DNA of 62,881 bases, from positions 1 to 62,881 of the forward strand of contig JBQLZK010000044.1 in NCBI GenBank assembly GCA_052168235.1. Reading direction: 5' to 3'. Under the pieces are notes generated by a model, which saw nothing but the letters and a program-made list of their open reading frames with translations, searched no databases and had not been told where the DNA came from. Shown here one piece after another: positions 41,607 through 52,110 of the stretch; the stretch's first letter is position 1; the number at the start of each line of letters is the position of its first letter. The translations under genes were made by a program, and so were the position numbers. The stretch is from Thainema sp. (GTDB lineage: Bacteria > Cyanobacteriota > Cyanobacteriia > Phormidesmidales > Phormidesmidaceae).

Positions 41607-41910
41607 GAACTCTACCTGCTAACTGCAACTGTGGACAATTTAAGATCTTGCAGCGTTTCGTCAATGTTTTAACGTGATTTTGCGGATTCGCTCCTATTTT
41701 TAGATCAAGTCGTTATAGGAATTTATATATTGAGCTCGCTTGATGACTGATAAAAGGCAAAACAGGTGGTGTTCGCTCTCCCTTTCATAAAATCTTAAGG
41801 ATTTTGTTTAAGGATTGTGTTTATGACTCATGAGCTGAGTTTTGAGTTCAAATACGACAGATTTTTGAGAGTCTGGGTTCAACCTTGTAAAAGGGTACGT
41901 TTTGGCAAGA

Positions 41911-43179
41911 TCACAAATGCAGGGAGGAAGGCTCAGATAAATCAATTTCGAGCTCATCTTCCAAGGCTTCGGCCAACAGTCGCTCTGGCTGAGGCGAATC
42001 CGGATCGCCAAGCCCAACATACCGTTCAACCAGGGTCAGCAATTCATGCTCACCAAAGGGTTTGGTGAGATAGTCGTTGGCTCCCACCATGCGAGCCCGA
42101 ACCCGATCGATAAAACCGTCTTTGCCTGTCAGCATCACAATCGGGATTTGGCGAAACGCCGTCGAGCGCCGCAGCATGGCGCACAGCTCATACCCGTCTA
42201 GCTCAGGCATGGTGATATCACACAGGATTAAGTCCGGCTTGAGCTGAAAGACGAGGCTGAGCGCCTTGAGCGGATTGCTGATGGCTGTCACTTCGTACCC
42301 ATGCTGATCCAGAATGTGCTCAACCGCTTTGCGGACGGTTGCCCCATCGTCAATACAGACCACGCGCGGCACTTTCTCGCCAGCTTGTAAATCAAAAGCT
42401 CGTTTACTTGCGATCGCAAGATCAGAATGAGGGTACGTCAAATGCACTAGTCCCTGCTGGACGTAGGGTAAAATCGCTCGTCCGATGGTGACAATATCGC
42501 GATTGATGAAGCGAGCAATTTGCCGAATTGTCGTGCGACCATCAGCCCAGCGCACGAGAGATTCAAAGGCTCCCTGCGGCAAATCCGCCTGTAGCATGGC
42601 TGCATCTTGAATGACGGGGCACTGATCCGGCGACTGAATATGGGGATGAAACTGCTTCCATTGCTGGACCTGCTTCATGATTTTGACCACCAGCGGCGCA
42701 ATTTCCAGCGTCGTTAGCTGTGGAGACAACGCCGGACTCAGCTCAAATACAAACGCGCCGTGATGCAGACCCAGCAGGTCAAATAGCGTTTCGCTAACCA
42801 TGCTGTAAATAATCGAGCGTCCCTGAGCTGCAGTAAGCGTGTGGTCTTCCAGCAGTCGCCACAGATAGCCATATTCCGGGGCATTGAAACTTGCGATCGC
42901 ATGGGCCGCCTCGGTATCCTTCAATGCAGATTCCAGATGATAGCGACGTAGATGATCGCGCAAGCGCGACAAATTGGCGTTGCCCGTTCCCGCATAGACA
43001 ATCTGGCCGTTGAGAAAGAACATGAACCAGGACTGCCCCACGGTGCCGTGAATGCGATCGCTACTCACGGCACCAGACGGGGAGCTGTACGCTTCGACAA
43101 ATAGCTCTCCTGTCCGCTGACCCAATTCAATCAGCTGCAAGATACTCCGAATGTCAATTTCACTCAGTTTGCCTTGCAT
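41911..43179 (-). CDS. pilG: PatA-type response regulator (HmpA/PilG orthologue)
   Basis: MQGKLSEIDIRSILQLIELGQRTGEL PATAN-type N-terminus plus a C-terminal receiver domain. Confidence 0.88.
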   Translation of the reverse strand: MQGKLSEIDIRSILQLIELGQRTGELFVEAYSSPSGAVSSDRIHGTVGQSWFMFFLNGQIVYAGTGNANLSRLRDHLRRYHLESALKDTEAAHAIASFNAPEYGYLWRLLEDHTLTAAQGRSIIYSMVSETLFDLLGLHHGAFVFELSPALSPQLTTLEIAPLVVKIMKQVQQWKQFHPHIQSPDQCPVIQDAAMLQADLPQGAFESLVRWADGRTTIRQIARFINRDIVTIGRAILPYVQQGLVHLTYPHSDLAIASKRAFDLQAGEKVPRVVCIDDGATVRKAVEHILDQHGYEVTAISNPLKALSLVFQLKPDLILCDITMPELDGYELCAMLRRSTAFRQIPIVMLTGKDGFIDRVRARMVGANDYLTKPFGEHELLTLVERYVGLGDPDSPQPERLLAEALEDELEIDLSEPSSLHL

Positions 43180-43428
43180 GAAGTAAAACGCGTACGAAAG
43201 AGCAATCTGGAGGGGCGAACTTTAGCCAACAACTTTGAGCCAATTTGGCCAACAAATTGGAAACGTATATGCGATCGCGCCAAAAATTAGGTGGAATGCA
43301 GACGAATTCAGACAGTTTCGATGTTCTACACTAACATCCTAGTGCAATCCCTTCGTTTTAGTTTCATCTTCTTGTAACTTCAGGCAGACGCCGAAAATCA
43401 CGTTGGTTTAGACCGTTGGTCACTTTGA

Positions 43429-43460
43429 AAACGTTTAGAACGTTTGAACGTTAAACGTTA
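43429..43460. repeat. Tandem AACGTT palindromes in the pilG-hmpF divergent region
   Basis: AACGTTTAGAACGTTTGAACGTTAAACGTTA contains four AACGTT units. Confidence 0.6.
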
Positions 43461-43969
43461 GATTGTGTAAATCTCTCAACCAGTCTCAACCCCAATGCTC
43501 TACATCACACTTAAACACGACGGCGACGGCTATATACGTCTACATGATGGCTATATGTAAGTTGCAAGATAAGAGATCTGCGATCCCCAAAATTGGCAAC
43601 TTCCAGAGAGTTAGGGGTAACATTGTGAGTGCCAGCCAGAATTGTGGAATATTAAATTTGGGAGCCGTCTGCGTTGCGATCGCAAACGTTAAGCGGAACG
43701 ATCCAGGCGATAACCTGACTGACAATCTTCTAAACGACTATCGATGTCGTAGGCTAGATGGGCACTATCTAGATGGGCACTACTCAGAACAAGCACCAAG
43801 CGAATCTGCCTGGGCGTTCTGCATAGGCGTGTTAAGTGTAGTGTTGTCAGCACAGGCAATTCGGTATGAACGGTATCTACCATTCACGCTGAATCGCAGT
43901 AACATGGGTGGCTGCAACCCGATTGCAGCAATTGATAACCGGGCATAAACACGGAAGAGGGCGTTCGAC

Positions 43970-45736
43970 GTGTTGTATCTAGCGGAAGTACAGAAGAAAG
44001 CAGGACTACTTGGTGGAGGGAAAGCAGAGTTAAAGCTGCTCGCCTGCCAGCGATCGGAGCAAAACTGGAGTGCGGTATCGGGCGACGAGATTGTCAGCTC
44101 AGATGATGCCAATAATTACAATCCCGGCGCGCTGGTCATGGTAGACATTGGCGGCAATCGGCAGGTGCAGCGGATTCAAGATGCAGGTCGCCAACTGGTT
44201 GGCATTCTGCAAAACTTTTCCAAGCTGCAAGAGCGATTTAAGGGGCAAGAAGATGAAATTGAGCAGTGGAAGCAATCACTGACCTATCAAAGTCAGGAGC
44301 TGAACCGCCGCGAAATGGAAATGGAATCTCGACAAGCCCAGCTTGAAGAGATGGAGCAAGACATCGAACAGTTTGAGCAGCAGCGCCAGGAAATTGCGGC
44401 CTCACGGGAAGAAGTGGAAACGCTCCGAGCAGAAATTGAGCGTAAAAATCAGGAGCTAGAAGGCGCTTGGGCCCATCTACGAGGCGAGATGCAGAAGCTG
44501 GAAGAGCGCCAAGGTGAAATGCAGTCAGCCCAAGGGTTGGATGCAGCCGAAGCCCAACGTATTCAAGCCTCCCTCGAACAACTGTCCGGATTACTGAACG
44601 CCGCTGATGTTCTGCCCGCTGAGTTTGAAGCGCTATTTAGCTTGATCGGTCAGCAACAGGAGATCCTCAATCAGCACTGGCAGAATTTGGAGCAGCAGCA
44701 AGCTTCCGTTAGCCAACTCCAGGCCGAAGTCGAACAGCGATCGCAGTCTCTGCAAGAAGGTTGGCAAGCGCTCCAGCAGTCCGTGGATGCCCTGGTAGAA
44801 GCAAAGGCCAATCTGGTGGCGCAGCAAACCACACTTTCTCTTAAAGAAGCCCAGCTCGCGGTGATTACGGAACGCTGCAAAACTGGCACATCCGTTGCAG
44901 ATCGTCTGCAAGAGCTAGCTCAACTAGCAGGGCAAAGCCGCAGCAACGTCAAGGTCGATACTCAAGCTCTAGAAGACATGCCGGTTGATAAATTACAAGC
45001 GGTTGTCCAGGATCTAGAGAAAGATTTAGAAAAGGTTGTTCGCTTTGTCAACGACCAGGAAGAAGAGTTAGCGTTTGAACTACAGGCCATTGAGGAACTA
45101 CAGCAAAAAATTGCGGCTGCCAATGACTATGACCGCCTGAGCTTGGAAAATGAGCTGACCGAAGAGCGCGATCGCTATCAGATGCTGAATGAAACCCTAG
45201 TAGGGCAGCGACGCAACCTGCAAGAACGGGAAGAGATTTTGATTCAGCACCAATCCATTCTCAATCGACGCCAGGGACTACCTATGCCCGAAGGGGCTGA
45301 TGCGGCTAGCCTGATTGATATCACACCTGTTCTGAGCGAGTTAGACGTGCTGCGCCAGCAGCAGGATTCAGAACGGCAGCAGCTCGAAGCTGAACTGGAC
45401 AGTCTGCGACAGAGCGTAACCGCTGCCCAAACCGCTGTGGATCAGCAGATCACAGAACAGGGGCAACAGCGCCAGTCTCTAGAAGAACAGCAGCGGGAAC
45501 TGCAAGTGCAGCAGGCTAATGTTTCTGAGATACAGGGCAAAATCCGCCTTTACGAAGAAGCACTGCAGCCGATTCAAAATGCGCTGGACGGTCTACGGCA
45601 AAAGCTAGAGGAAACCCAATCTGCGATCGCACAATTGCAGGAAAGCCGCGCCACCCAAACTCAGATTGTCACCGATATCCAGCAGGCCATTCAATCGGCT
45701 TCGGCGCAGCAATCTCCAGAGCTAGCGGCGTCCTAA
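43970..45736 (+). CDS. hmpF: Pilus motility taxis protein HmpF (coiled coil)
   Basis: MLYLAEVQKK..ELKLLACQR and EEIEQWKQSLTYQSQELNRREMEME-type motif; divergent from the hmp operon. Confidence 0.9.
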   Translation: MLYLAEVQKKAGLLGGGKAELKLLACQRSEQNWSAVSGDEIVSSDDANNYNPGALVMVDIGGNRQVQRIQDAGRQLVGILQNFSKLQERFKGQEDEIEQWKQSLTYQSQELNRREMEMESRQAQLEEMEQDIEQFEQQRQEIAASREEVETLRAEIERKNQELEGAWAHLRGEMQKLEERQGEMQSAQGLDAAEAQRIQASLEQLSGLLNAADVLPAEFEALFSLIGQQQEILNQHWQNLEQQQASVSQLQAEVEQRSQSLQEGWQALQQSVDALVEAKANLVAQQTTLSLKEAQLAVITERCKTGTSVADRLQELAQLAGQSRSNVKVDTQALEDMPVDKLQAVVQDLEKDLEKVVRFVNDQEEELAFELQAIEELQQKIAAANDYDRLSLENELTEERDRYQMLNETLVGQRRNLQEREEILIQHQSILNRRQGLPMPEGADAASLIDITPVLSELDVLRQQQDSERQQLEAELDSLRQSVTAAQTAVDQQITEQGQQRQSLEEQQRELQVQQANVSEIQGKIRLYEEALQPIQNALDGLRQKLEETQSAIAQLQESRATQTQIVTDIQQAIQSASAQQSPELAAS

Positions 45737-45787
45737 ACTCGGTAACATCGTTATCACCAGCGACACCAGCGACAATTAGTAGCAGCA

Positions 45788-45815
45788 ACAAAGGGCACGC
45801 TAGCGTGCCCTTTGT
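45788..45815. repeat. Perfect 28-bp palindrome downstream of hmpF
   Basis: ACAAAGGGCACGCTAGCGTGCCCTTTGT; related sequence at 55391-55417. Confidence 0.6.
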
Positions 45816-45907
45816 CGTCAAAACTGGATTTTTACGCGATATTAACGGGTATTGGCGCTAAGATAGCAGGCGTTCGCTGCATAGATAACGATAAAGACGA
45901 GATTGTT

Positions 45908-46132
45908 ATGATGAGCCAATCTGATTTAGTCATTTGGGTTAATGAACAACTTGATCCATCGGGTTTAGTCTATTCCTGCATTGCCTGCCGCGACGCAAAC
46001 CAAGCCCAGGCTTGCCATGAATCTTTTCAAGAAAACCTGTCAGAAGCCCAACGCTCGGCAGGGTGGATTGCCCGAATTCGCACCGTCAGCTCCTGGGAAG
46101 AGGTGCCGGTGAATGCGTTGAAGTTGGATTAG
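45908..46132 (+). CDS. Small conserved-looking hypothetical protein
   Basis: 74 aa; IWVNEQLDPSG.VYSCIAC and GWIARIRTV.SWEEVPVNALKL resemble a small cyanobacterial family of unknown function. Confidence 0.65.
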   Translation: MMSQSDLVIWVNEQLDPSGLVYSCIACRDANQAQACHESFQENLSEAQRSAGWIARIRTVSSWEEVPVNALKLD

Positions 46133-46238
46133 GGGATGAGAGGGATTGAGGCTGTAGAGGGCTTTAGTAGGGATGGGAGTAGGAGAGTGAGGCTGTAACG
46201 GCTTTGCGAGCGAGAAATAGCATTTGCGCATATTGCCA

Positions 46239-47315
46239 TTAATTTCGCCTTGGAGAACGGGGCAGATTGGGGTTGATTGGGCTGAGAAGCTGATTGAGTC
46301 GTCGGAGTTCTTCGGCGGTGCCCATGCCGATAATCAGGTCGCCTGCTTCGAGGATGGTTTCGGCAGTCGGGCCAACAGTGAGGGAGCCATTGACGCGGCG
46401 GATGGCAATGATCAAGGCACCAGACTGCGCCCGCAGGCGAGCTTCTTTCAGACTTTGGCCGACCCAGGGGCAGGTGTCGGGTGAAATGAGAAACTCTTCC
46501 ATGTAAAAAGTGCGATCGGAACCGGTCAGGATACCATCAACAAAATCGACCACTTGAGGCCGCAATGCGGCAGCGGCCATCCTTTTGCCGCCTGTAATGT
46601 AGGGCGAGACGACGACATCTGCGCCACCCCGCTGGAGCTTGAGCACAGCTTCTTCGCTGCTGGCGCGAGCAATAGTGCGGAGACGGGGGTTAAGGGTTTT
46701 GGCCGACAGAACGGTATAGAGATTTTCGGCATCGGAGGGCAAGGCGGCGACTAGACAGGCGGCTCGCTCAATGCCGACTTTGTGCAACATCTGATCTTGG
46801 GTGGCATCGCCCTGGACGGCGAAATAATTGAGCTGCTGAGCATCCAGAATTGAATCTTCATCGGAATCGATCACGACAAACGAAATCCGCTCAGCCTTGA
46901 ACTCAAGCGCGATTTGGCGACCTGTGCGACCAAACCCGCATAAGATATAGTGATTTGAGAGAGCATCCATAAGTCTTTGTCGTTGCTGTAAACGAAAACC
47001 GGCTTGAAACGAACCCTGAATGAGGGCTTCGGTAAATCGGTTGGCGATGTAAGTGATCACCACGATTCCCATCAAAATCAGCAGGATGGTGAAGACACGC
47101 CCGCTGTCATCCAGGGGGCGAACTTCCGAAAACCCAACCGTTGCTAGGGTGATCACTGACATGTACATCCCTTCCAGCCAGGACCACCCTTCGACAAAGC
47201 GATACCAGAGTGTGCCAATCAGGACGAGGCACACGAGCGCCACGACACCGCCCAGAAGTTCACGGCGAATGCGACGATAGCGTTCTTCAACAACAGTCTG
47301 AGATCTTCTAGCCAA
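46239..47315 (-). CDS. Potassium channel protein with TrkA-N/TrkA-C (RCK) domains
   Basis: Two TM helices with pore TLATVGFSE; Rossmann motif ILCGFGRTG. Confidence 0.9.
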   Translation of the reverse strand: MARRSQTVVEERYRRIRRELLGGVVALVCLVLIGTLWYRFVEGWSWLEGMYMSVITLATVGFSEVRPLDDSGRVFTILLILMGIVVITYIANRFTEALIQGSFQAGFRLQQRQRLMDALSNHYILCGFGRTGRQIALEFKAERISFVVIDSDEDSILDAQQLNYFAVQGDATQDQMLHKVGIERAACLVAALPSDAENLYTVLSAKTLNPRLRTIARASSEEAVLKLQRGGADVVVSPYITGGKRMAAAALRPQVVDFVDGILTGSDRTFYMEEFLISPDTCPWVGQSLKEARLRAQSGALIIAIRRVNGSLTVGPTAETILEAGDLIIGMGTAEELRRLNQLLSPINPNLPRSPRRN

Positions 47316-47582
47316 GCGGATTACAGTACCTAGAGTGAGGAGCCATCAGGAAATAGGGGGTTGGGGATATTTGAGATACTCAGAGTCTAAAAATTGGCTC
47401 AAAATTAGCTCAAAATCTGCGATCGCAGATGACTCAAGTCATTAATCATCAAATAGTTATCAAATGTCGTCCCAACAACCGTTTGCCTCAAGTTTCTAAA
47501 AATAATGTGAAAAGGTCTGTCTCACAACTTGTTTGAGATAGTCCACGCTTCAAACCGAACACCTTACCGCATTAAAGTTTTC

Positions 47583-47631
47583 GGTAGCGGTGTTCAGAGC
47601 ACCCAAAAATCATTACCTTTTGAGGACTACT
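47583..47631. mobile_element. 49-bp internally deleted copy of the IS1-like MITE
   Basis: GGTAGCGGTGTTCAG...CCAAAAATCATTACCTTTTGAGGACTACT flanked by AAGTTTTC at 47575-47582 and 47632-47639. Confidence 0.7.
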
Positions 47632-48003
47632 AAGTTTTCAATCCCCTATGACTGTAAAGCATCCATTCAAATTTATGTCAGGGCTTGCCTGAAAATAGCC
47701 ATAGAAACCATTGAAAAACTCGTTTAAGATCATGAACGGTTAGCAATCTGAATACTAGTGGGCTCAGCATTGTGAATCTAGGAAGAGTCATTCCGACTCA
47801 TTTCTACGACTTCAAATCACGGTAGTTCTCAAGCGGCAATGATGGTATTTCGTATGGTCTAGGCTCATACGACGAAGATCACTGCCGATTATCACTATCC
47901 CAATCGCGATTCTGACTAGCCGCGTTATTGAGATTACATTTGCTAATCTGTCTGCATACAAGATCCGTCCATCCTGTCGTTACCCAGTTATAGAGACTAC
48001 CCT

Positions 48004-49293
48004 ATGGCGAGTTTGAAGAGTCTGGTTCAAAATCCACTGAAAGCGTTTAGTCAAACCTCATCAAGCCCTGACTTTCAGATTGAGGATTTTAACGCGCATG
48101 TCATGACCACCTATGGTCGATTTCCTATTGCGCTGGAACGAGGAAAAGGCTGTCGCGTTTGGGACTCGGACGGAAATGAGTATTTAGACTTCGTGGCTGG
48201 AATCGCCACCTGCACATTGGGTCATGCCCATCCCGTGATGGTGGAAGCGGTGAATCAGCAGATTCAAACTCTGCACCACGTTTCCAATCTGTACTACATT
48301 CCCCAACAGGGTGAGCTGGCCGCTTGGCTGACCGCTCATTCCTGTGCTGATCGGGCCTTTTTCTGTAACTCCGGGGCAGAAGCCAATGAAGGAGCGATTA
48401 AGCTAGCACGGAAGTATGCCCACACCAAGCTGGGCATTGAAAATCCGATGATCATCACGGCCAACGCCAGCTTCCACGGACGCACCCTGGCAACGATTAC
48501 GGCGACTGGACAACCCAAATATCAGAAGAATTTCAATCCGCTGATGCCGGGGTTTTACTACGTGCCGTATAACGATGCGGCTGCGCTGGAAACCGAGATC
48601 GCAGAATTGGATCAGGATCAGCGTCAGGTGGCGGCAATTCTGCTGGAACCGCTCCAGGGCGAGGGCGGCGTGCGTCCTGGCGATATGGCCTACTTCAAGC
48701 GGGTGCGGGAACTCTGTGATGAGAAGGGCATTTTGCTGATTCTGGACGAAGTACAGGTAGGCATGGGCCGCAGCGGCAAGCTGTGGGGCTATGAGAACCT
48801 GGGTATTGAACCTGATATCTTCACCTCGGCCAAGGGACTGGGCGGCGGCATCCCCATCGGTGCCATGCTGTGTAAGTCGTCTTGCGATGTGTTTGAACCC
48901 GGCGATCACGCCAGCACCTTTGGCGGCAACCCCTTCGCCTGCGGTGTCGCACTAGCCGTTTGCCAAACGCTGGAAAAAGAAAATATTCTCGCCAACGTCC
49001 AGGCACGCGGTGAGCAGCTCCGGGCTGGCCTAACTGCGATCGCACAGGCTTATCCCCAGTTAGTTGCAGAGGTACGAGGCTGGGGCTTAATCAACGGTCT
49101 AGAACTCAAAGCCGATATCGCTTTCAAGTCAATTGATGTCGTCAAAGCGGCAATGGATAATGGTCTGCTGCTCGTCCCCGCTGGGCCGCAGGTCGTTCGC
49201 CTGGTGCCGCCGCTAATCGTCAGTGCCGAAGAAATTGATCAGGCACTCGAAAAACTGCGAGTTGCGATCGCGGGTTTAGCCACAGAAGCTTAG
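48004..49293 (+). CDS. argD: Acetylornithine aminotransferase
   Basis: YLDFVAGIA, FFCNSGAEANE, FHGRT, DEVQVGMGRSG, AKGLGGG and HASTFGGNP. Confidence 0.92.
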   Translation: MASLKSLVQNPLKAFSQTSSSPDFQIEDFNAHVMTTYGRFPIALERGKGCRVWDSDGNEYLDFVAGIATCTLGHAHPVMVEAVNQQIQTLHHVSNLYYIPQQGELAAWLTAHSCADRAFFCNSGAEANEGAIKLARKYAHTKLGIENPMIITANASFHGRTLATITATGQPKYQKNFNPLMPGFYYVPYNDAAALETEIAELDQDQRQVAAILLEPLQGEGGVRPGDMAYFKRVRELCDEKGILLILDEVQVGMGRSGKLWGYENLGIEPDIFTSAKGLGGGIPIGAMLCKSSCDVFEPGDHASTFGGNPFACGVALAVCQTLEKENILANVQARGEQLRAGLTAIAQAYPQLVAEVRGWGLINGLELKADIAFKSIDVVKAAMDNGLLLVPAGPQVVRLVPPLIVSAEEIDQALEKLRVAIAGLATEA

Positions 49294-49331
49294 GAATTTT
49301 TCTAAGTGAATAAAATATTGCAAATAACGAC

Positions 49332-49378
49332 GTAGGTCAGGTTTAACTGTCTCATTTCAGGCAGGATGCCTGACCTAC
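49332..49378. repeat. GTAG-type REP-like inverted repeat
   Basis: GTAGGTCAGG...CCTGACCTAC. Confidence 0.55.
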
Positions 49379-49422
49379 AGTTTTATGACAGATTTTGAAT
49401 ATCAGGCTTCTGCTACCAGTTC

Positions 49423-49605
49423 TATAGCTGTAGCCAGCTAAGTCAGGACGTTGTTGTGGCGCGGCATTGCCGCACCACAACAACGTCTTGACCACTATAT
49501 AGGATTCCAGTTAAGAGTGAGAAAACGAAAGAGCAGAGTGCCTCAGGATGAGGCACTCTGCTCTTTCGTTCTTAATCTAGAACCGCTATAAATAGCTATC
49601 GCTAT
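49423..49605. mobile_element. Two nested TA-flanked (IS630-like) MITEs, each with a long hairpin
   Basis: Outer element TATAGCTGTAGCCAG...TAGCTATCGCTA; inner element TATAGGATTCCAGTTAAGA...TCTTAATCTAGAACCGCTATA (49498-49590) with 22-bp arms. Confidence 0.55.
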
Positions 49606-49914
49606 CCAAGCCAGCGCTACAGATGAGGTTGATGCTGAGCGCTGAGAACTGAGGATTTGCAAAAAATATTTAGATTGCGAAACTTCAATATAAGCTTGCA
49701 AATTTTAGCGAACTCGATACACTGATCCGGCAACTGCATACCAGGAAATTACGTCTTTGAGGGTTAGTCATCCCGAATCCACTCGTGAATCCTGATTTGA
49801 GCATCTTACTAACAGCTGCTGGCTAAAGGTTCACAGCATCGACCTTTCGCAGAAGCACACCGGGATTTACAGACTGGATTTTGTGTCAATTTTTCGCAGG
49901 TAAAACCAATTTTT

Positions 49915-51516
49915 ATGAACAGGTTGAAGTGGCGGAGTTCCGGTCAGGCACGATTACAGCAATGGTCACGATTACAGCAATGGTTACAGCAATGGTCAAA
50001 ATGGTGGTTAGGTAGCTCGCGAAAGCGGCGATGGCGATTATTAGCTGTAGCGTTAATTATGACCTGGCTAACAAGCTTACTTCATCCGACTCTCGTGCAT
50101 CCCGCGCAGGCGCAGTCTGCTAATGCTTACTGTCACCTACCCGCCAGCGCGATTACCCAGAAAGAACAGCTCCGCCAGCAGGCCGTCAACGGTAACAACC
50201 AAGCGGCTAGCCAATATACCAACGTCTTGAAACAGCATGCTCAAATGATGCAGACCTGTCGCCAGCAACATTGGCCGCAGCGGCAGGCCGTGTGGGTGCG
50301 GCTCTATCCCTGCGATACGCTGCCGGGCGTGCTAGAAGCGCTGCTTGACCGAATTGTGAACCGGGGCTATAGCCACGTCTATGTAGAAACGTTTTATAAC
50401 GGTCAGGTGCTGCTGCCTTCCGCGCAGAATCCCACCGTATGGCCATCGGTGGTGCGGACGCCGGGAACCGAAAATTATGACCTGCTAGCGGCTGCGATCG
50501 CAAAAGGGCATGAACGAGGATTAAAAGTTTATGCCTGGATGTTCACGATGAATTTTGGCTACTCCTACGGCCAAAATTCGACCCGCCAACAAGCCCTAGC
50601 GCTGAACGGCGCAGGTTACAACACGCTGTCAGTCACTAATCAGGTCAATGCAGCGGGAGAACCGATCTCGGACGAACTATTTATCGACCCCTACAGCAAT
50701 CAGGCCCAGGTTGACTATTATCGCCTGGTTCAAGCCGTCGTACAGCGCAAGCCAGACGGTATTTTATTCGACTATATTCGCTATGCCAGGGGGCACGGTT
50801 CCGCCTCTTTGGCCAGCCGGGTAAAGGATTTATGGATTTACGGCCCGTCATCTCAACAGGCACTCTATAACCGTGCGCTCAACAACAAAGGCCAAGCACT
50901 GATTCGTCGATTTGTGGCTCAGGGCTACATTACAGCAGGCGATATTCAAGCCGTAGATGAGCAGTTCCCCAATGAAGGCGAGCCGATGTGGCAAGGGCGC
51001 ACCACGCCCGAAGTATTTGATCCGCCGCTCACGCCTGAAGAGCGGCAGGCCGGATTGCAGCGAGAACTGTGGTATCTCACGGTCGCTCATGCCTATCAGG
51101 GAGTAGTGGATTTTCTGATGATGGCAGCGTTGCCTGCCCAGCAACAAAATATTGCCACTGGTGTGGTCTTTTTCCCTGGCGGCAATCGACGAATCGGAGA
51201 AGGGTTTGATTCGCGTCTTCAACCCTGGAACCAGTTCCCGCACTTAATGGAGTGGCATCCAATGGTCTACGGGATCTGTGGCAACACAGGCTGCATTACC
51301 GACGAAGTTCAAGAAGTGCTCAATCAAGCATCGGACAGTACGCTCATTGAACCGGTACTGGCAGGCAGTTGGGGCAATTCTAGCGGTCGCCCATCACTCG
51401 AATCACAAATGCAAGCCATTCGACAAACCACCCCACAAATTGCAGGGCTAAGCCATTTTGCTTACTCCTGGCAAGACCCAGAGTTTGATCGCGTTCGAAA
51501 ATACTGCCGCAACTAA
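49915..51516 (+). CDS. Glycoside hydrolase-like 10 (DUF187) family protein, probably exported
   Basis: AVWVRLYPCD, VYVETFYNG, GLKVYAW, FIDPY and PDGILFDYIRY. Start uncertain. Confidence 0.78.
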   Translation: MNRLKWRSSGQARLQQWSRLQQWLQQWSKWWLGSSRKRRWRLLAVALIMTWLTSLLHPTLVHPAQAQSANAYCHLPASAITQKEQLRQQAVNGNNQAASQYTNVLKQHAQMMQTCRQQHWPQRQAVWVRLYPCDTLPGVLEALLDRIVNRGYSHVYVETFYNGQVLLPSAQNPTVWPSVVRTPGTENYDLLAAAIAKGHERGLKVYAWMFTMNFGYSYGQNSTRQQALALNGAGYNTLSVTNQVNAAGEPISDELFIDPYSNQAQVDYYRLVQAVVQRKPDGILFDYIRYARGHGSASLASRVKDLWIYGPSSQQALYNRALNNKGQALIRRFVAQGYITAGDIQAVDEQFPNEGEPMWQGRTTPEVFDPPLTPEERQAGLQRELWYLTVAHAYQGVVDFLMMAALPAQQQNIATGVVFFPGGNRRIGEGFDSRLQPWNQFPHLMEWHPMVYGICGNTGCITDEVQEVLNQASDSTLIEPVLAGSWGNSSGRPSLESQMQAIRQTTPQIAGLSHFAYSWQDPEFDRVRKYCRN

Positions 51517-52110
51517 TGTCATCTTAACGGTGGAATTAAGGAAATAATCTTTGTGGCGTGGGCTAAATCTGCACAAAATTTCTTTTAAAGAGAATAGCCC
51601 ACGCCAAACTAATTGGCCTGGGAAACTCTGCACAGATTCAACCTTTTGAACATTACTTTTTATAAATATCTCAGCCCAAATAGTGCTGCATCATTTCCTT
51701 TATTCAGCATAAAAAGAGCCAAGAAAGATTGGCTAAATTTCCCCTTGGTATAAATTTTTTATTCTTATCTCTTCATGTGTGACTAGGTTAAAAAGGTTAC
51801 CTTGTTTCACAAGGGCATACGTTTAAGTCTCACCCAAGAACTTATATCTTGAACTCAATTAACAACGAGCGTTTTGTCACTGCAGTGCAGGAGCGAAAGG
51901 CTTGCTTTGGGTTTTCAACTTTTGTGTCAAATATGTGGATAAATGCTAAGTACTGCTACACCAGTTCTACCTATTGGTGTGCGATCGCATTTTTTAGAAC
52001 TCTCATATCTTGTAGCCAACTGTAGCCGACAAGATCATTTTTAGGAATTTTAGTTTAGCCACGTTGAGCAACGATTTTAAGCCAGCGTGAATTAGAGAAA
52101 ACGGGAATCG

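Noticed and set aside
43463..44112. ORFs 43463-43948 (+) and 43780-44112 (-) in the pilG-hmpF gap
   Set aside because: No recognisable motifs, weak starts, and overlap with repeats or hmpF; more likely regulatory DNA.
49949..49997. Tandem TACAGCAATGGT repeats at the start of the GH10-like gene
   Set aside because: Simple in-frame slippage duplication (RLQQWS repeats) in a poorly constrained N-terminus.
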